Source of the DNA: Candidatus Poribacteria bacterium
GTDB taxonomy: Bacteria; Poribacteria; WGA-4E; WGA-3G
Reading direction: 5' to 3'
Assembly: GCA_965247285.1 (NCBI GenBank)
Contig: CBDFHD010000003.1
Coordinates: forward strand, 82,795-146,794
Length of the DNA stretch: 64,000 nucleotides
Shown here in pieces: positions 19,604-29,375 of the stretch. Each line of letters opens with the position of its first letter. The stretch's first letter is position 1. Below the pieces are notes generated by a model that saw only the letters and a list, made by a program, of their open reading frames with translations, ran no database searches and was not told the origin of the DNA. The translations under genes and the position numbers were made by a program.

Positions 19604-20989
19604 CTAAAACGTACTCTCTTTTGAGGTGAGAGGACACCAGCGGGTCGTCTCAAGGTAGCGAAGCAACACTGCCTTCGCCGCCGGTGTGCCGATACGATAA
19701 AGCGCATGTATAGCATCGCCACGGACGTAGCGATTCTCATCAAACAGCACATTTTGTAAGCCCTCAACTGCCTCAGTCGCGTTCTGACCAATCCGCGCCA
19801 GCGCGAATACCGCATTTTGCCGTGAGCCATCGTGCGGGTACTCTAATGCCTTCACAAGACCGGGAACAGCGATTGAACTCGATTGGCTCGTTGTTCCTAA
19901 CGCCTCAATTGTGTGTGAACGCACAGAGCCAGAGGTATCCGCTAACGTTTCCACCAGCGCAGGCACCGCTGATTCCGCTTTATTTCCCAAGTCGCCGAGT
20001 GCCTCTGCGGCGTTATTCCGCACGTATTCACGGGAGTCTTTCAACGCATCTCGCAGCGCATCAACAGTCGGAGTTCCGACCGCGTTGAGCGCGTAACAGG
20101 CATTGCGGCGCGTCATCTCCGATTCATCTTGTAAACACTGCACAAGCGCAGGCACTGCCTTCTCGCCAAATCGAGGCATTTCATAAGCCGCCTGCAATCC
20201 TGTTGATTCCGATGTACTGTTAAGTGAACTGATTAAACCGGACAGTGATTCTCCGTTCGGTGTCTTGTTGTGGGAGGGGTTTGCAACCCCGAATTCCTTG
20301 CCCCGATGCCAGTTCCAAAGGTGTCGGAACATCTCCTGATGCTCAGCACGTCCCACAGATGTGCCGTTTGCCCACTCTGTTTCCTTATTCGCCCAGGTGG
20401 GTTCCTGCGGTTCTGACATCCGGGCGTAGAGAAACTTCATCATGTAGCGTTTCTTCTCACTGCTGTTAGGCATCGCACGGTGCCACAAATCATAGTTTGC
20501 GAATGCAACCGTTCCCGCTTTCCCAACGATCGGTTGTTCCGGCGAGATCTCTGCGCCTTCACGCGTGCTATAGTAATGGCTCGTTGGGACTATACCCGTC
20601 GGACCGAGTTCGATGGGAGTATCTTGTGGGTAATAGAAAACCAGCAGTCTGCGGGTATGATGAGACCAACGTTTCCCGCCATCTTGGTGCATCCCTTGCC
20701 CATTACTACCCGGAGGATTGTAGTGCGGATGACGGTGCGGCTGCATGTAGTAGTCTGCGCCCAGCAGGCTTGTCAGAGCCCCGCTCACATTCGGATCGTC
20801 AAGAATTTGCTGAATCTCTGGTATCCGCGGTACCAAATTATTACCCGGATTGCCTTCTTTGTCAAAAACCGTTACCGTCTTTTCGTAGATTGCATCGTGA
20901 AATTGTACAGGCAATGTGGTGGTGACACTCACATAACCATTCACAATGAAATGCCGCATCTGCGCGTCTGCCAAGAGGTGTACTGCCAT
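19604..20989 (-). CDS. Phytanoyl-CoA dioxygenase-like (PhyH) domain fused to HEAT/PBS-lyase repeats
   Basis: HQD and distal WHRA..N...KRYM; C-terminal repeats such as VRNNAAEALGDLG..A..AVPALVETL. Confidence 0.88.
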   Translation of the reverse strand: MAVHLLADAQMRHFIVNGYVSVTTTLPVQFHDAIYEKTVTVFDKEGNPGNNLVPRIPEIQQILDDPNVSGALTSLLGADYYMQPHRHPHYNPPGSNGQGMHQDGGKRWSHHTRRLLVFYYPQDTPIELGPTGIVPTSHYYSTREGAEISPEQPIVGKAGTVAFANYDLWHRAMPNSSEKKRYMMKFLYARMSEPQEPTWANKETEWANGTSVGRAEHQEMFRHLWNWHRGKEFGVANPSHNKTPNGESLSGLISSLNSTSESTGLQAAYEMPRFGEKAVPALVQCLQDESEMTRRNACYALNAVGTPTVDALRDALKDSREYVRNNAAEALGDLGNKAESAVPALVETLADTSGSVRSHTIEALGTTSQSSSIAVPGLVKALEYPHDGSRQNAVFALARIGQNATEAVEGLQNVLFDENRYVRGDAIHALYRIGTPAAKAVLLRYLETTRWCPLTSKESTF

Positions 20990-21127
20990 CTTTCGCCCCT
21001 TTTTCTATTGTGAGACTTGGTATAAATCCTGTCTACAAGAATTTAAGTTACGCTATTATTCCACAAAATTTCACAATTTTCAAGAAATTATGCTATGAAA
21101 TCCAGAATTATGCTAAAATAATTGAAA

Positions 21128-21274
21128 TAGGACTTACGTAAATCCCGTATATTTGCTGTTGAGAGAAACACCCAAGTAAAAGCAACTTGACAGCAAGCAG
21201 TTCAAGAATCGCAGTCAGGGGGCAGCGTATGAGTCGTCAGGGGTCGGTAATGTAAAATATGCGTAATGGACCTA
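21128..21274. mobile_element. Degenerate MITE, family J
   Basis: TAGGACTTACG ... GCGTAATGGACCTA ends; related element at 43171-43279. Confidence 0.45.
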
Positions 21275-21347
21275 AGACGCTCTTGCTGAGGGTTTCCGAT
21301 AACTGACGGAAACCGACTGTCTATATACGAACATTGGAGGTTTCAGC

Positions 21348-22553
21348 ATGGGACGAAGCTTTGAAAAATCACTCGCATGGCAGAAGCGAGCTAAAGCCGC
21401 GTTGGTCGGCGGCGGGCAACCCCATAAACAGAGCCAACCACCGAGACCTGTTATGATTGCAGGTGCGAAAGGCGCACATTTTTGGGATGCCGATGGCAAC
21501 GACTATATCGATTATCTGATGGGCTATGGACCCATGATCCTTGGGCATGCCTATCCGACTGTGATTGATACGGTCACGAAATATGTCGTTGAACGGGGTA
21601 ATGTTTATAATTTCGGACATACCCTTGAGGTAGAACTCGCCGAAAAGCTGATTCAGATTATCCCATCGGCTGATAGAGTCGCTTACTTCGTTGGCGGATC
21701 GGACGCAACAACCGGCGCGATTAAGTTCGCTCGCGCATACACCGGTAGAGAAAAGGTAATTCGATCGGGTTATCATGGCTGGCACGATTGGTGTAGCCAC
21801 GCCCGCGGACACCTATCAAGTGCTGCTGCCGCCACACTCAGTGTCGATTTCAATGATCTCGAAGGGCTTGCCGACCTCTTTAAAGCACATCCTGACGAGA
21901 TTGCGTGTCTAATTATGGAACCTTCTGGACAAGACCTTCCCCAAGACGGTTATCTCGAAGAGGCAAAGGCACTCGTCAATGCCAACGGTGCATTGATGAT
22001 TTTCGACGAGGTCAAAACGGGGTTCCGTTACGCTTTGGGCGGCGCACAGGAATACTTCGGGGTTACCCCCGACATGTCCGTTTTCGGAAAAGCGCTCGCC
22101 AACGGGTTCGCGACAGCTGTCGTTGTCGGGCAAAAAGAGATAATGGATGAAGTTAGCGATGTCTGGGTAGCCGCAACCTTCCACGGAGAAGTATCGCTCG
22201 TCGCTGCCGCAATCGCCACAATCGAAGAACTCGAGGCGAAGGACGGTGTCGCCTTTATGTGGAAACAGGGACAGAAATTGTTGGATGGTTACCGGGAAAT
22301 GACGGCACGTCTCGGTATTGAGAATGCCCGCATCGGTGGTATTGGAGCCATGCCTTACTTCGGATTAAGTACCAACGGCGATGACGAACGCCAACAGCGG
22401 TTCCACAAAACTTTCTACGAGGCGACCTTAGATGGCGGTTTATATTTGCCTGAAGGACATATCTGGTTCATGTCCATGTCGCACACCGATGAAGATGTTG
22501 CGAAGACGCTTAGCGTTTCTGAGGATGCCCTCAAACGCGCCAAAGCCGCATAG
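21348..22553 (+). CDS. Class III aminotransferase (GSA-aminomutase-like)
   Basis: WDADGNDYIDY, GYHGWHD, FDEVKTGFR, FGKALANG. Confidence 0.9.
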   Translation: MGRSFEKSLAWQKRAKAALVGGGQPHKQSQPPRPVMIAGAKGAHFWDADGNDYIDYLMGYGPMILGHAYPTVIDTVTKYVVERGNVYNFGHTLEVELAEKLIQIIPSADRVAYFVGGSDATTGAIKFARAYTGREKVIRSGYHGWHDWCSHARGHLSSAAAATLSVDFNDLEGLADLFKAHPDEIACLIMEPSGQDLPQDGYLEEAKALVNANGALMIFDEVKTGFRYALGGAQEYFGVTPDMSVFGKALANGFATAVVVGQKEIMDEVSDVWVAATFHGEVSLVAAAIATIEELEAKDGVAFMWKQGQKLLDGYREMTARLGIENARIGGIGAMPYFGLSTNGDDERQQRFHKTFYEATLDGGLYLPEGHIWFMSMSHTDEDVAKTLSVSEDALKRAKAA

Positions 22554-22702
22554 GAAGGACAAGTCACTGAATAATCGTAGGGATCAGGAATGTGAGTTAC
22601 GCTTTCTTTAAACCGCTCACAATTCCCAGGAAACACCGCAATTTCACCGAAAACCTGCCCGAAACGAAGTGGAGGGCAGCCCAGGAGCGAATAGTTTAAA
22701 AA

Positions 22703-23590
22703 ATGGCACAAGTCACGGATCACACCAAACCTTTTATTGTTGATAAGAACCTTGGGGCGGCACTCGACATTGATAACGCGCAACTCACGGAAGCAACTTC
22801 CGATGGGACACCCGTTGTCGCGCCGACGCAAGAGCAGAAATACCTCTTTGACATGCGCGGATGGATTTTAGTTCCGGGCGTGCTGTCGGGCGATGAACTC
22901 GCAGAGATGCAAGAGTTCGGGTATAAACTCCGCCATGAACCGGAGTCGATTCCAGAGCATGAACGCTCTCCCCTCGGTGGTCCCATGCAACGCCTTGCTG
23001 ATCATCCGAATGTCGTCGGCTTTCTCAATGAATTTCTCGCACATCCAGCGTTATCAAGCCAAGAATGCTACGGCTTTCGGATGGAATCGTGTAGCCTGTT
23101 CCATCGCACTGTCGGTGATGGCAACTTTGGACCCCACAACGGAAACGGGATGCTCCGCTTCCCCGGCGATTCGCACCTCTATCGGTGTATTCCCGGTAGA
23201 GGGTATAGTGGGTTAACTCGCATCGTCTGGGAACTGAATCCTGTCAAATATCGGCAGGGAGGCACGCTGTTTATTACGGCGAGCCATAAAGCCGTCTACA
23301 CAGCACCCGACACAATCCGAAGCCAGGACTCTCTGATTTGGGATACGTATGAGTGTCCTGCTGGGTCCCTCCTCTTTTTCACAGAGGCGTTGACACATAG
23401 CACGCACACGTGGACGAATGAGGAAAACGATCGACTTGCTATTTTCAGTTGCTACAATACAGTCAATAGCAAGTGGCACGATTGGGATCCTCACCCGAAG
23501 TTGTTAGCCGAAATGCCTGAGAAGCGGCAGACCCTTTTTCGACCCGTCCGCGCCGCCAATAATTTGATTGGTGAGGCGTACCGTCATTAG
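22703..23590 (+). CDS. PhyH-like Fe(II)/2-oxoglutarate enzyme (HxG variant)
   Basis: QKYLFDMRGW, GPHNG, GGTLFITASHK, PAGSLLFFTEALTH, distal Arg. Confidence 0.8.
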   Translation: MAQVTDHTKPFIVDKNLGAALDIDNAQLTEATSDGTPVVAPTQEQKYLFDMRGWILVPGVLSGDELAEMQEFGYKLRHEPESIPEHERSPLGGPMQRLADHPNVVGFLNEFLAHPALSSQECYGFRMESCSLFHRTVGDGNFGPHNGNGMLRFPGDSHLYRCIPGRGYSGLTRIVWELNPVKYRQGGTLFITASHKAVYTAPDTIRSQDSLIWDTYECPAGSLLFFTEALTHSTHTWTNEENDRLAIFSCYNTVNSKWHDWDPHPKLLAEMPEKRQTLFRPVRAANNLIGEAYRH

Positions 23591-23715
23591 TAGAGGCAAC
23601 TCTTGTGGTTGGCCTGAGATGTTAGGCTTATCATATCCCTCTAACTGATAACCGACAGCTATTCTTACTGAAAGCCGACGGCTGATTGCTGACGGCTAAT
23701 AGAGGAGGCATTTGC

Positions 23716-24912
23716 ATGCGTCAAATTGGATCAACCCCTGTCACCGCACCCGGTTGGACTGCGAAACCGAAAGAAGGGATCGCTATCGTCGATTGTGATG
23801 TGCACCACAATTTTCGCCACCCTACGCAACTGCTGCCTTACTTGTCAAAATTCTATCAGGAGCATCTCCTCGACCAAGGGCTACATCTCGGCGGGTATCC
23901 CAACATCCCCATTCGGAGCAACCGCGTTGACCTCAAAGGAAGGGTCGAAGAAGCCATCGAATCGACACCCAAGAACTCCGGCGGTGACCCCAGAGATTTT
24001 AACTTCACATTAGAGTTCCTCCAAGATGAGCATCTCGATGTCTGGAATATTGATGTCGCCTTGCTTACTGGACCACCCCCGTTCTACGGGTATTCTGGGC
24101 TACCTGACCCGGATTGGGCAGCTGCGCTCTGCCGCGCCTTTAACGATTGGACAATTGAGCATTGGCTTGATCGCGACGAACGCGTCGTCAACGCTATCCT
24201 CGTCTCGCCCTCCGATCCACCGCAAGCCGTGGAAGAGATTAACAGGCTTGCACACCGGAAGGACACTGCTGCTGTTATGGTGCCGATGGGAACGAGTCGT
24301 CCCTTTGGCAACCGCTTCTATCATCCTATATGGGAGGCGTGTGAAGCGCACGGACTCCCAGTCGTGTCACATATCGGCGGTGGCGGCGGGGCAACCCGAA
24401 ACACGCCAACCCCGGTCGGGCATCCCACTTACTACATGGAATCTCGGATGAGCAGACCTTATGTCGCCAGTTCACACGCGACATCTCTAATCTGCGAAGG
24501 GGTCTTTGAGAAGTTTCCTAACCTCAAGTTCGCACTGATTGAAGTACAACAGATGTGGGCGGTACCGGTGATGTGGCATCTGGATACCGACTGGAAGGCG
24601 TTGCGTGACCAGACACCGTGGCTTAAACGGCTGCCAAGTGAGTATTTCCGTGAACACATCCGGATCGGGTCACAACCAATGCATGAACCTGAAAAACCGG
24701 AACAGATGTACCAGATGTTAGAAATGCTGCACGCCGATGAAACGCTGATATTCTGCTCAGACTTCCCACATTTCGATTGGAACGACCCTGTAACGGTTTT
24801 CCCCAAGCTTCCAGAGGACTTACACAATCGCATCTTCGCTCAGAACGCACTCGATATCCTTCGATTGGATTTGAAGAAAGCCAACGGATCCGCAAATCCA
24901 ACAGCGAATTAA
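23716..24912 (+). CDS. Amidohydrolase_2 family metal-dependent hydrolase/decarboxylase
   Basis: DCDVHH, RAFNDW, EGVFEKFP.LK, SDFPHFD; GGAGG RBS. Confidence 0.9.
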   Translation: MRQIGSTPVTAPGWTAKPKEGIAIVDCDVHHNFRHPTQLLPYLSKFYQEHLLDQGLHLGGYPNIPIRSNRVDLKGRVEEAIESTPKNSGGDPRDFNFTLEFLQDEHLDVWNIDVALLTGPPPFYGYSGLPDPDWAAALCRAFNDWTIEHWLDRDERVVNAILVSPSDPPQAVEEINRLAHRKDTAAVMVPMGTSRPFGNRFYHPIWEACEAHGLPVVSHIGGGGGATRNTPTPVGHPTYYMESRMSRPYVASSHATSLICEGVFEKFPNLKFALIEVQQMWAVPVMWHLDTDWKALRDQTPWLKRLPSEYFREHIRIGSQPMHEPEKPEQMYQMLEMLHADETLIFCSDFPHFDWNDPVTVFPKLPEDLHNRIFAQNALDILRLDLKKANGSANPTAN

Positions 24913-25036
24913 CCGAAACGCAAAGCCGTAGCCTGCAACAACGGCGCAGGCGGGTTTAAGGGACGTATCCGATAGTTCTAACACACGTCCTTTCTCCGCA
25001 AGGTATAATTAAGAATCCGCAAGGTAAGTTAAAAAT

Positions 25037-25414
25037 ATGGCACGTGTTGTTGTCGGAAAAGTGTCAGAGATTCCACCGGGGAAACGCAAAATCATCGTAC
25101 CCTTCCGTGGCAAGGCAGGCATTGGTGTCTTTAATGTTGAAGGCACCTTTTACGCCGTCCGAAACATCTGTCCGCACAAGCGGGGACCTCTCTGCACAGG
25201 CGAACTCACCGGCAGGTTCGCCGCCGATGCACCGCCTTCAATTCACGGGACAATGCTCTCTGTGGAGGGTTTGGGTGAAGTACTGCGCTGTCCGTGGCAT
25301 CAGTGGACTTTTGATATTGCCACGGGACAATGCCTCGTCGATGAAACGTTACGTGTCGCGACGTATCCCGTCAAGGTAGAGGGTGATGATGTCATCGTAG
25401 AATACGATGGCTAA
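25037..25414 (+). CDS. Rieske [2Fe-2S] ferredoxin
   Basis: CPHKRGPL and CPWHQWTFD ligand motifs. Confidence 0.92.
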   Translation: MARVVVGKVSEIPPGKRKIIVPFRGKAGIGVFNVEGTFYAVRNICPHKRGPLCTGELTGRFAADAPPSIHGTMLSVEGLGEVLRCPWHQWTFDIATGQCLVDETLRVATYPVKVEGDDVIVEYDG

Positions 25415-25618
25415 GTTATTGAAACCTATGTTGCCGTCTTGATAAGTCCCTTCACTCGGTAATCTCGGTTTTCCCCAGGCCCGGTAGGTGCGGTTTCTAA
25501 CCGCACCATAACTGTCAATTTAAGAAAAATATATCCATTTCTGAGTATGAGATAAAGTGTTGGTAGTCGAAATCTCTATAGTATCCTCTACAAAATGTGA
25601 GGTGAATGTATGGGTATT

Positions 25619-25731
25619 AGCCCCGGAGGGGCGGCATTTGTGTAGAAGTGGGTTACCCCCAGGGATAAAGCCCCAGCGGGGCGACATCTGTGTAGAAGTA
25701 GGTTACCCCCCAGGGATAAAGCCCCAGCGGG
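25619..25731. repeat. G-family repeat array, about 50-bp period
   Basis: GCCCC(A/G)G(C/A)GGGGCG(G/A)CAT(T/C)TGTGTAGAA units; related arrays at 5152, 31531, 40565 and 44022. Confidence 0.7.
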
Positions 25732-25824
25732 TTCTCACTGCGAAGCAATCTGTATCGTTGAAGGCTTTTGTGACTTTTCTTAATCTTGCCGAAAGGCACC
25801 CAATATTCCGACAAGGGGGACCAA

Positions 25825-26598
25825 ATGATTAACAGAATTTCGAGACAAATGTTCATTATCGCCATTGTAGCGACTGTTTTAATGGCTACAAATATGGCAC
25901 AAGCGCGTCAGGCGATTACCGATGGGCTGGTGAGTTACTGGTCCTTTAATAAGGATTCAGTCGCAGATAAAACGGTTAAAGACATTTTCGGTGCCAGCGA
26001 TGGAACCATGGACGGGAATGTCGAGGTTGTTGACGGTAAAGTCGGTGAGGCACTCAAGTTTAGTGGGGGCCATGTTGATTGTGGGGCGGGTAAGGATTTA
26101 ACCGACATTGGCGATCAGGTTACATTGGAGATGTGGATAAAACCTGAAAAAGCGGGCTGGGCGATTATCGCCGGCATATCGAGGTCAGGAAATAATTCTT
26201 ATGTGATTGCGTGGTCAGACCAAACTCGGGTTGATTTTAATCTCTGGAACGGTGTTTTAGAGACGTGGCCCTTTCACAGCGTCGGTCAGCCCGACGTAAA
26301 TAAATGGCATCATGTCGCTGGCGTTTACGACGGTTCCGAAGCCATTATTTATGTCAATGGTGAAGTGGATAATGAGAAAGAATTCGAGGGTGTTCTCAAA
26401 CATAATGGAGAGAATTTTTGGATGGGTGCCAGAAAATCGGATGGACTTCCTTACAACGGCCTTCTTGATGAACTTCGCCTCTACAACCGAGGTCTCAGTC
26501 AAGAGGAGATTGAAAACAATCTTGAGGCGGAAGGACTGGCTGTTCAACCTGCCCAGAAATTGGCACTCACCTGGGGAACAATAAAGGTTTCAAGGTAA
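25825..26598 (+). CDS. Secreted LamG/concanavalin-A-like domain protein
   Basis: Signal peptide, GLVSYWSF, GKVGEALKF, WHHVAGVYDG, GLLDELRLYNRGLS, tail AVQPAQKLALTWGTIK. Confidence 0.9.
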   Translation: MINRISRQMFIIAIVATVLMATNMAQARQAITDGLVSYWSFNKDSVADKTVKDIFGASDGTMDGNVEVVDGKVGEALKFSGGHVDCGAGKDLTDIGDQVTLEMWIKPEKAGWAIIAGISRSGNNSYVIAWSDQTRVDFNLWNGVLETWPFHSVGQPDVNKWHHVAGVYDGSEAIIYVNGEVDNEKEFEGVLKHNGENFWMGARKSDGLPYNGLLDELRLYNRGLSQEEIENNLEAEGLAVQPAQKLALTWGTIKVSR

Positions 26599-26739
26599 GA
26601 CAGCGTTCGTCCGAAGGTAGCAACCCAGGTAATTGAGCATAACCGACGTGCTATAAATAGCACTACTACAGACCGAGCCGTTCGTAGTAGGGTGATTCAT
26701 CGCCCGTCAATTACCGAAGTATGTTTAATCTTCATCTAA

Positions 26740-26855
26740 TACCATTTCTGATTGAAATTGTAGCATAAACTTTCAGTTTGTGCCTCCTTGTAGCATAGAC
26801 TGTTAGTCTGTGCGCTCAGGTGCGGTTAATGCAATATAAACTTTTAGAAATGGTA
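26740..26855. mobile_element. MITE family N enclosing two GTAGCA-type REPs
   Basis: Inverted ends TACCATTTCT ... AGAAATGGTA; internal GTAGCATAAACTTTCAGTTTGTGC and GTAGCATAGACTGTTAGTCTGTGC. Confidence 0.55.
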
Positions 26856-26929
26856 TAACTTCGCCTATTCCTGTTTTCTCCCGCTGGCGAGGTTAGAAAC
26901 CTCGCCTCTCTGAGAGAACGAAATACATA

Positions 26930-27433
26930 ATGAGCAAACAACCACGCGTTTCCATTGAAGAACTGACAGCCGATCACTCGGATTGGCAGGAATTTGTCGC
27001 GCTCGTCAATGAGATAAACCAAACAGACTGGGCGTTCAATCCCTATTTTGCGCAGTGTTCACGCTGTTTTCTGGTGGCAAAACAGGATAACACCATCGTC
27101 GGATTTCTCATGTTTGTTGTGTGGGACATCGGTCCCCACGACCGCGATCACCCGCCTATTGAAATACATGGAAAAACGCTAAAAGAGGCGAAAATCCTCG
27201 CGTTTGGCGTGAAAGACGGATACCGACGGCAAGGCATCGGCAGAGCACTTCAAGAATATACCATCAAACAAGCGAAGTTGTTTGACTGCTACCAAGTGCG
27301 ATCCGTCAGTGGCGAGAATCATCCTGAAAACCATCATCTCAAACTCTCTATGGGATTTGCCGTCGAGCCGATGGAACGTGATGAAAAGTGTTTGGCTTTT
27401 GTAATGCCCCTTAAATCGCCGGAAAGAAGGTAA
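26930..27433 (+). CDS. GNAT family N-acetyltransferase
   Basis: GVKDGYRRQGIGRAL acetyl-CoA motif A. Confidence 0.88.
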   Translation: MSKQPRVSIEELTADHSDWQEFVALVNEINQTDWAFNPYFAQCSRCFLVAKQDNTIVGFLMFVVWDIGPHDRDHPPIEIHGKTLKEAKILAFGVKDGYRRQGIGRALQEYTIKQAKLFDCYQVRSVSGENHPENHHLKLSMGFAVEPMERDEKCLAFVMPLKSPERR

Positions 27434-27438
27434 TTTTC

Positions 27439-27840
27439 GTGAAGCAATTAACCGACGCTGAAAAACAAGAACTTGAGACGAAAATTCAAAAAGAAAAGGA
27501 ACGCCAGCAAGCACTTCGAGAAAGGAATCCTGATCTACCGGAAACTTTAGAAGTAGCATCGGCAAAAACGGGGCTTGTCCGAAGGTTTGGGCCAAGGCAT
27601 CTCTGGAAATACGGTTTCCTCGCGATCATTCTTTGCCTGCTCGTCTTCAATGTGTTTCGCCTTCTCAAGTGGCAAAATTTTGGTTTCAACAAGTACATCA
27701 ACCTTGTGATTCCGTTGATGCTACTGTTCAATCACATCGCGTATAATTTCACGAAAACAGGGCGGAAAAGCCGTGTGATGAAAGTGGTTGCATGGATTTG
27801 GACAGTACTTGGATTCATTTACATATTCTGGGTATTGTAG
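27439..27840 (+). CDS. Hypothetical membrane protein
   Basis: Charged N-terminus followed by three hydrophobic segments; starts 5 bp after the GNAT gene. Confidence 0.65.
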   Translation: MKQLTDAEKQELETKIQKEKERQQALRERNPDLPETLEVASAKTGLVRRFGPRHLWKYGFLAIILCLLVFNVFRLLKWQNFGFNKYINLVIPLMLLFNHIAYNFTKTGRKSRVMKVVAWIWTVLGFIYIFWVL

Positions 27841-27906
27841 GTAGCAGCTCTGTTTGCTAGTGGAACTTTTCGTCAGAAGTTAAAACATCATTGGATTGGT
27901 TATAAT

Positions 27907-28371
27907 ATGAATGAGGAAACACTATCAAATTCAAATTTAGATTCAGATGAAATTGAAGAAATTGAAAAACTCACGCTACGTTGGGTTTTTCAAGCAGTTC
28001 TTGATTTTGGAATGGAAGCGCATGAAGTTTTCTTAAAGTCGCCGGATAACGTGAAAGATATTTCTGAATATGGAGATAACCATTATCTGACGACAACCTG
28101 TTTGATGCATTTCCTATACGAAGACGAGGCGGATATACATCACTTAAAAGAGGTTAAAATTACGGCTATTCCTAATGGAAGATTACAGGATAGATATAAT
28201 CCTACCGTTGATGATGGAATATGGTTAGCAGGACGAAATGCTCCGACCCGTGGAGAAGATTTCAGGGTTCGTGTTAGTTTTGCTAAACTGAAAGAAAAGG
28301 CATCGTGGCGAGTTCAAGTTATAAACTATGATGAGATTACTGGGGAGTGCAAAGGAAAATGGCAATCGTAG
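27907..28371 (+). pseudogene. SfiI-family type II restriction endonuclease with an in-frame internal deletion
   Basis: EKLTLRWVFQAV, TTTCLMHFLY and PNGRLQDRYNP...AGRNAPTRGEDFRVRVSFAKLKEKASWRVQ match my recollection of the SfiI N- and C-terminal parts; only 154 aa and no central D..DxK core. Confidence 0.75.
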
Positions 28372-29375
28372 ACGTTACAAAATTCCTACCAGAAAATCAT
28401 ATTTATCACGGTGATTCCAGGACCTTTTTGAAAAGAATTAGACCTGAATCAATCGCACTTAGCGTTTGGTCACCCCCATATTTTGTCGGAAAAGCCTACG
28501 AGAAAAATTTATCTTTTTCTGACTGGGAAGGTTTACTGCGCGAGGTCATCAAACTCCATTTCCCGATTATAAAGCCGGGGGGGTTCCTAACTATCAATAT
28601 CGCTGACATTTTATGCTTCAAAGATGCGTCAATGCCAAAAATCATGGCAGAAAACGTATCCCGGAGAAAAATAGGCGTAACCAAGGAGCAAATATTAGAA
28701 GCAAAGAAAAAACACCCGACTTGGAATAGGTACCAACTCGCTGCGCATTTTGAATGTAGTGAACAAACGATTGATAGAAGGCTTAATGGAAATAATATTA
28801 GAGGCGGAAAGTACCAAACGCAAACGCGAGTTTTTCTGGTTGGAGATCTCATTGAGACGGCTGCGAACGAGGCAGGTTTTCATTTATATGACCGACGCGT
28901 CTGGGTCAAAGATGCAGCATGGGAAAATTCGAGATGGCATACGATCTCTTACCGGTCTGTTGATGAGTTTGAGTATATCTACATTTTTTGGAAGCCGGGA
29001 ACTACAAAGGTGGATCGCTTCCGACTGACGAAACAAGAATGGGTAAATTGGGGGTCAAGAGCGGTTTGGGAAATCCCTTCTGTTCGAAGCAATGCTGATC
29101 ACGATTCAAAATTCCCTGTTGAGTTGCCCAGAAGAGTCATAAAGTTGTTTTCAGAAGCCGATGATGTCGTGCTGGATTGCTTTATGGGTAGTGGAACGAC
29201 GGCGATAGCGGCCATTACCGAAGGCCGGAAGTATATAGGAATCGATAAAGAGAAAAAATCCGTGCAGATTGCATTAGAGGCTATTTCTTCTTTTAAAGCA
29301 GACAGAAAAGGTCCTGAGCAAGTGGAGCTTTTCATACGTGAAATAGAAGCAAAACACGAAAAAAATAATGATTAA
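28359..29375 (+). CDS. Beta-class N4-cytosine DNA methyltransferase, cognate of the SfiI-like gene
   Basis: WSPPY (motif IV) N-terminal, HDSKFP and VLDCFMGSGTT (motif I) C-terminal; overlaps the R gene. Confidence 0.9.
   Translation: MAIVDVTKFLPENHIYHGDSRTFLKRIRPESIALSVWSPPYFVGKAYEKNLSFSDWEGLLREVIKLHFPIIKPGGFLTINIADILCFKDASMPKIMAENVSRRKIGVTKEQILEAKKKHPTWNRYQLAAHFECSEQTIDRRLNGNNIRGGKYQTQTRVFLVGDLIETAANEAGFHLYDRRVWVKDAAWENSRWHTISYRSVDEFEYIYIFWKPGTTKVDRFRLTKQEWVNWGSRAVWEIPSVRSNADHDSKFPVELPRRVIKLFSEADDVVLDCFMGSGTTAIAAITEGRKYIGIDKEKKSVQIALEAISSFKADRKGPEQVELFIREIEAKHEKNND

Noticed and set aside
21348-22553. hemL
   Set aside because: Class III fold but divergent motifs and no haem-pathway context
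25619-25731. CRISPR array
   Set aside because: Only 2-3 degenerate units, near-identical spacers at this locus, dispersed copies and no cas genes; kept as a repeat family
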